Origin: Promethearchaeota archaeon
GTDB lineage: Archaea; Asgardarchaeota; Lokiarchaeia; Sigyniarchaeales; SOKP01
DNA: 64,000 nt
Reading direction: 5' to 3'
Assembly: GCA_048937405.1 (NCBI GenBank)
Contig: JBHLNF010000001.1
Location: 848,785 to 912,784 of the forward strand
The position numbers and the translations under genes are program-made. Under the pieces are notes generated by a model, which saw only the letters and a list, made by a program, of their open reading frames with translations, had not been told where the DNA came from and did no database searches. Below are positions 61,482 through 64,000 of this stretch, one piece after another; position 1 is the stretch's first letter, and every line of letters begins with the position of its first letter.

Positions 61482-61664
61482 ATTGATCTTATCTTTAATT
61501 TTTTTAGATATTTATACTAAATATCACATACTACTTTCACATTTTTTAGATTTTATTTTCTTGTTTGGTTAAAGAAAAACATTTTAATCTAAAGGATTTT
61601 TTTAATATTCAAATTTTAATATGGTTATTTTATAAGTTAGTTATAAAATTGTTTAAGTAATATT

Positions 61665-64000
61665 ATGGTAAAGATATCTACTTCCCTAAGGAACTTTCGT
61701 GATCGCGTTAGAACATCAATATCAGTGAAAGCTAGCAATATTTTATTTTTTCTAGCATTATTTTTATTAGTAACTTTAGCTATTCTTATTAGATTAAGTC
61801 CACTTATCAGAGGAATAACAGTAATTAAAGCATTTGATCCTTGGATTCAATGGTACAATGCCGAGTACTTAAATGAGCATACTCTTTATGAATATTTTAA
61901 TTGGGTAGATTATAAAAGTTGGTATCCTCAAGGTTATTATAGAGGTGGTTTACGACCAGGATTAACTTTCACAGTAGTAGGGATTTATAAGATATTTAAT
62001 TTTTTGGGATTACCAGTATCCTTATATGATATATGTTTCTATTTTCCAGCATTTATGGGCGGGATAACAATACTTGTGACATATTTCTTAGGAAAAGAAG
62101 TACTTAATCGTGCTACAGGATTATTAGCAGCATTCTTTTTAGCTTTTAATCCAGGATACTTACAGCGGACTACTGCAGGATTTTTCGATAATGAAACAAT
62201 TGGAGTATTTGCTACATTAATGACTTTTTTATTTTTTCTAAAAGCGGTAAAAGGAGGAAAATTTTCTCATTCTGTAATAGGGGGTGTTTTTTTGGGCTAT
62301 TTATCATTAAGTTGGGGTGGATATCAATTTGTATTCTTAATAATACCTATTTTATGTGCCATTTTGATTTTAATAAATAAATACAATGAAAATGTATTAA
62401 TAGCTTATGCTGGAGTTCAAGGAACAGGCTTATTTATATTTTCACTATATAGTAGATTTAATTATGATACTCTATTTTCCGACCTAGATATTGGGGGAAT
62501 CTTCTTTGTTACCATTATTTTAATTATATTCCATATAATTTACACAAAAAAGACTGAACATCCAAAGCTATATAACAATTTAATAAATATAGTAAAATGG
62601 GGATTTATTCCAGTAGCATTAATACTTGCTATGGTAATATGGATTTCTCCTCAAATTTTGCCTTTTAGTTTTGGTTCACGATTCATGACCATCCTTAATC
62701 CTTCATTTCGAAACGAGATTGCCTTAGTTGCTTCAGTTGCGGAACAAATGCCAAGTGCATGGAGTGTGTTTTATTACAATACACTAATTCCTTTAGTACT
62801 TATACCTTTGGGTATTTATTTTTGTTTTAAAAGGTTAAATGCAGCAGACATTTTTATTATTGCCTTTGTTATTTTGATGTATTATTTCACTGGAAGCATG
62901 ATTCGCATAATCCTAATTTTTGCTCCAGCAGCAGCACTAGCGGGAGCATATGGTTTGAGTAGTATTTTAAAAATATTTGGGAGTTTTATAGGAGAAAGGA
63001 AAGTTGGGATTAGCAGAAAACGAAGAAGACAGATAAAGGAAACATTAGGAAGATCAGAAGTTCTTGTTGTATATCTTATTGTAGGTATTTTATGTACCGT
63101 ACAAATTACTCATGCCAGTAATATTGCTATTACTCAAATGTCTCATGCTCAGATGATACCTGGTGATGCATTGCATGACTGGGAGGAATCTTTAACTTGG
63201 ATGAAAAATAATTTAGATGGGACTGATGTCGTGGTGTCATGGTGGGATTATGGGTATTGGCTTACTCCAATCGGGAATGTTACAACAGTAAATGACAATG
63301 CTACTAAGAATTCAACTAGGATAGGCTTAACAGGAATGGCTTTGATGCAAACCAATGAAATTTATAGTGCTAAAGTATTTAAGAGACTTCATGCGGATTA
63401 TGCTTTAGTTTATTGGGGCTTTTTAAATCCTGGATTAGGCGGTGATGAAGGAAAATGGACATGGATGCTTCAGATTTGTAATGATCATTATGCTAAATAT
63501 AAACAGATGGGAATGGAAGAAGATAATTGGGCTGCAAATGCGGTTTTCGATGAAAGTAAATATTATAATGCGTCAAACCAAGGAGCTCGTGAAGATTCAT
63601 GGTTTGATAGTCAACTTGTTAAATTAATGTTTTTTCTTGAACCTACCACACCTCATGATTCACCACAAAGTATCCTTCAACAATTTCAGAATAATTATAT
63701 TTCATACATCAGTCAAGCCAAAGACGATGATGGAGATCCATGGATTTCTCATGTTCCTACTGACGGAAATTATCAATCTATAGTATTTTATCCAACTTAC
63801 TTTTCAGCGAATCATTTAGTAAAGTTATACAAGATTGATTACACTGTATTAGAATCGAGATTTGTTATTAATGATCCAGAAGTTTTTGAAAATGGATATG
63901 GTACATTTAAATTTAAAAATACTGGCACAAAAGATTTACAAATCAATAATGTAGAAATAAATGGAGAAAAATATCCTTTTAGGATAAGTAGTGGAAATAA
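61665..64000 (+). CDS. aglB: Oligosaccharyltransferase AglB/STT3 (partial, runs off window; missing from ORF track)
   Basis: Own translation: FDPW, SWYPQG, AGFFDNE, SVAEQ, SWWDYG (~63238), DN.T.N. Confidence 0.95.
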   Translation, partial: MVKISTSLRNFRDRVRTSISVKASNILFFLALFLLVTLAILIRLSPLIRGITVIKAFDPWIQWYNAEYLNEHTLYEYFNWVDYKSWYPQGYYRGGLRPGLTFTVVGIYKIFNFLGLPVSLYDICFYFPAFMGGITILVTYFLGKEVLNRATGLLAAFFLAFNPGYLQRTTAGFFDNETIGVFATLMTFLFFLKAVKGGKFSHSVIGGVFLGYLSLSWGGYQFVFLIIPILCAILILINKYNENVLIAYAGVQGTGLFIFSLYSRFNYDTLFSDLDIGGIFFVTIILIIFHIIYTKKTEHPKLYNNLINIVKWGFIPVALILAMVIWISPQILPFSFGSRFMTILNPSFRNEIALVASVAEQMPSAWSVFYYNTLIPLVLIPLGIYFCFKRLNAADIFIIAFVILMYYFTGSMIRIILIFAPAAALAGAYGLSSILKIFGSFIGERKVGISRKRRRQIKETLGRSEVLVVYLIVGILCTVQITHASNIAITQMSHAQMIPGDALHDWEESLTWMKNNLDGTDVVVSWWDYGYWLTPIGNVTTVNDNATKNSTRIGLTGMALMQTNEIYSAKVFKRLHADYALVYWGFLNPGLGGDEGKWTWMLQICNDHYAKYKQMGMEEDNWAANAVFDESKYYNASNQGAREDSWFDSQLVKLMFFLEPTTPHDSPQSILQQFQNNYISYISQAKDDDGDPWISHVPTDGNYQSIVFYPTYFSANHLVKLYKIDYTVLESRFVINDPEVFENGYGTFKFKNTGTKDLQINNVEINGEKYPFRISSGN

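Noticed and set aside
1927-63627. Short ORF-track entries overlapping real genes (e.g. 1927-2163, 7547-7801, 12925-13290, 22686-23138, 63442-63627)
   Set aside because: Antisense or out-of-frame shadows of well-supported genes, with no motifs
1-64000. CRISPR array, rRNA, tRNA, or inteins in RpoA/RFC
   Set aside because: No regular repeat-spacer pattern or GC-rich structured RNA seen; these proteins show no intein-sized insertions

Overview
Strongly AT-rich archaeal DNA, most consistent with an Asgard archaeon of the Lokiarchaeia type (inference from archaeal information-processing genes plus two Ras-superfamily small GTPases and Loki-style membrane and zinc-ribbon proteins). The core genes are rpoA1-rpoA2-rpl30e-nusA-(M28 peptidase)-rps12-rps7, pyrB, rpl44e-rps27e, tfs, an RPA-like OB-fold gene, pcn, priL-priS-gins51, eif2a-nop10, aor, tuf, csl4-rpoL cluster, eno, rfcS, truA and a partial aglB. 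Four accessory items stand out. (1) A wHTH + ATP-cone + apparently catalytically dead class III ribonucleotide-reductase fold protein. (2) A solo IS200/IS605 tnpB with the Fanzor-type rearranged RuvC site, plus an internally deleted sister copy that keeps the omegaRNA scaffold; the two flank pyrB. (3) A mosaic tandem array of four membrane-anchored Venus-flytrap binding proteins with 0/1/2 FN3-like stalks or a doubled binding domain, with no transporter nearby and a divergent 7TM gene beside it. (4) A ~9.3 kb defence-like island between eno and rfcS (mini nucleotidyltransferase, AbiTii, two HEPN, Schlafen/AlbA_2, DUF6602-like and GIY-YIG). No rRNA, tRNA or CRISPR array was seen. All family assignments come from reading motifs by eye, not from database searches.
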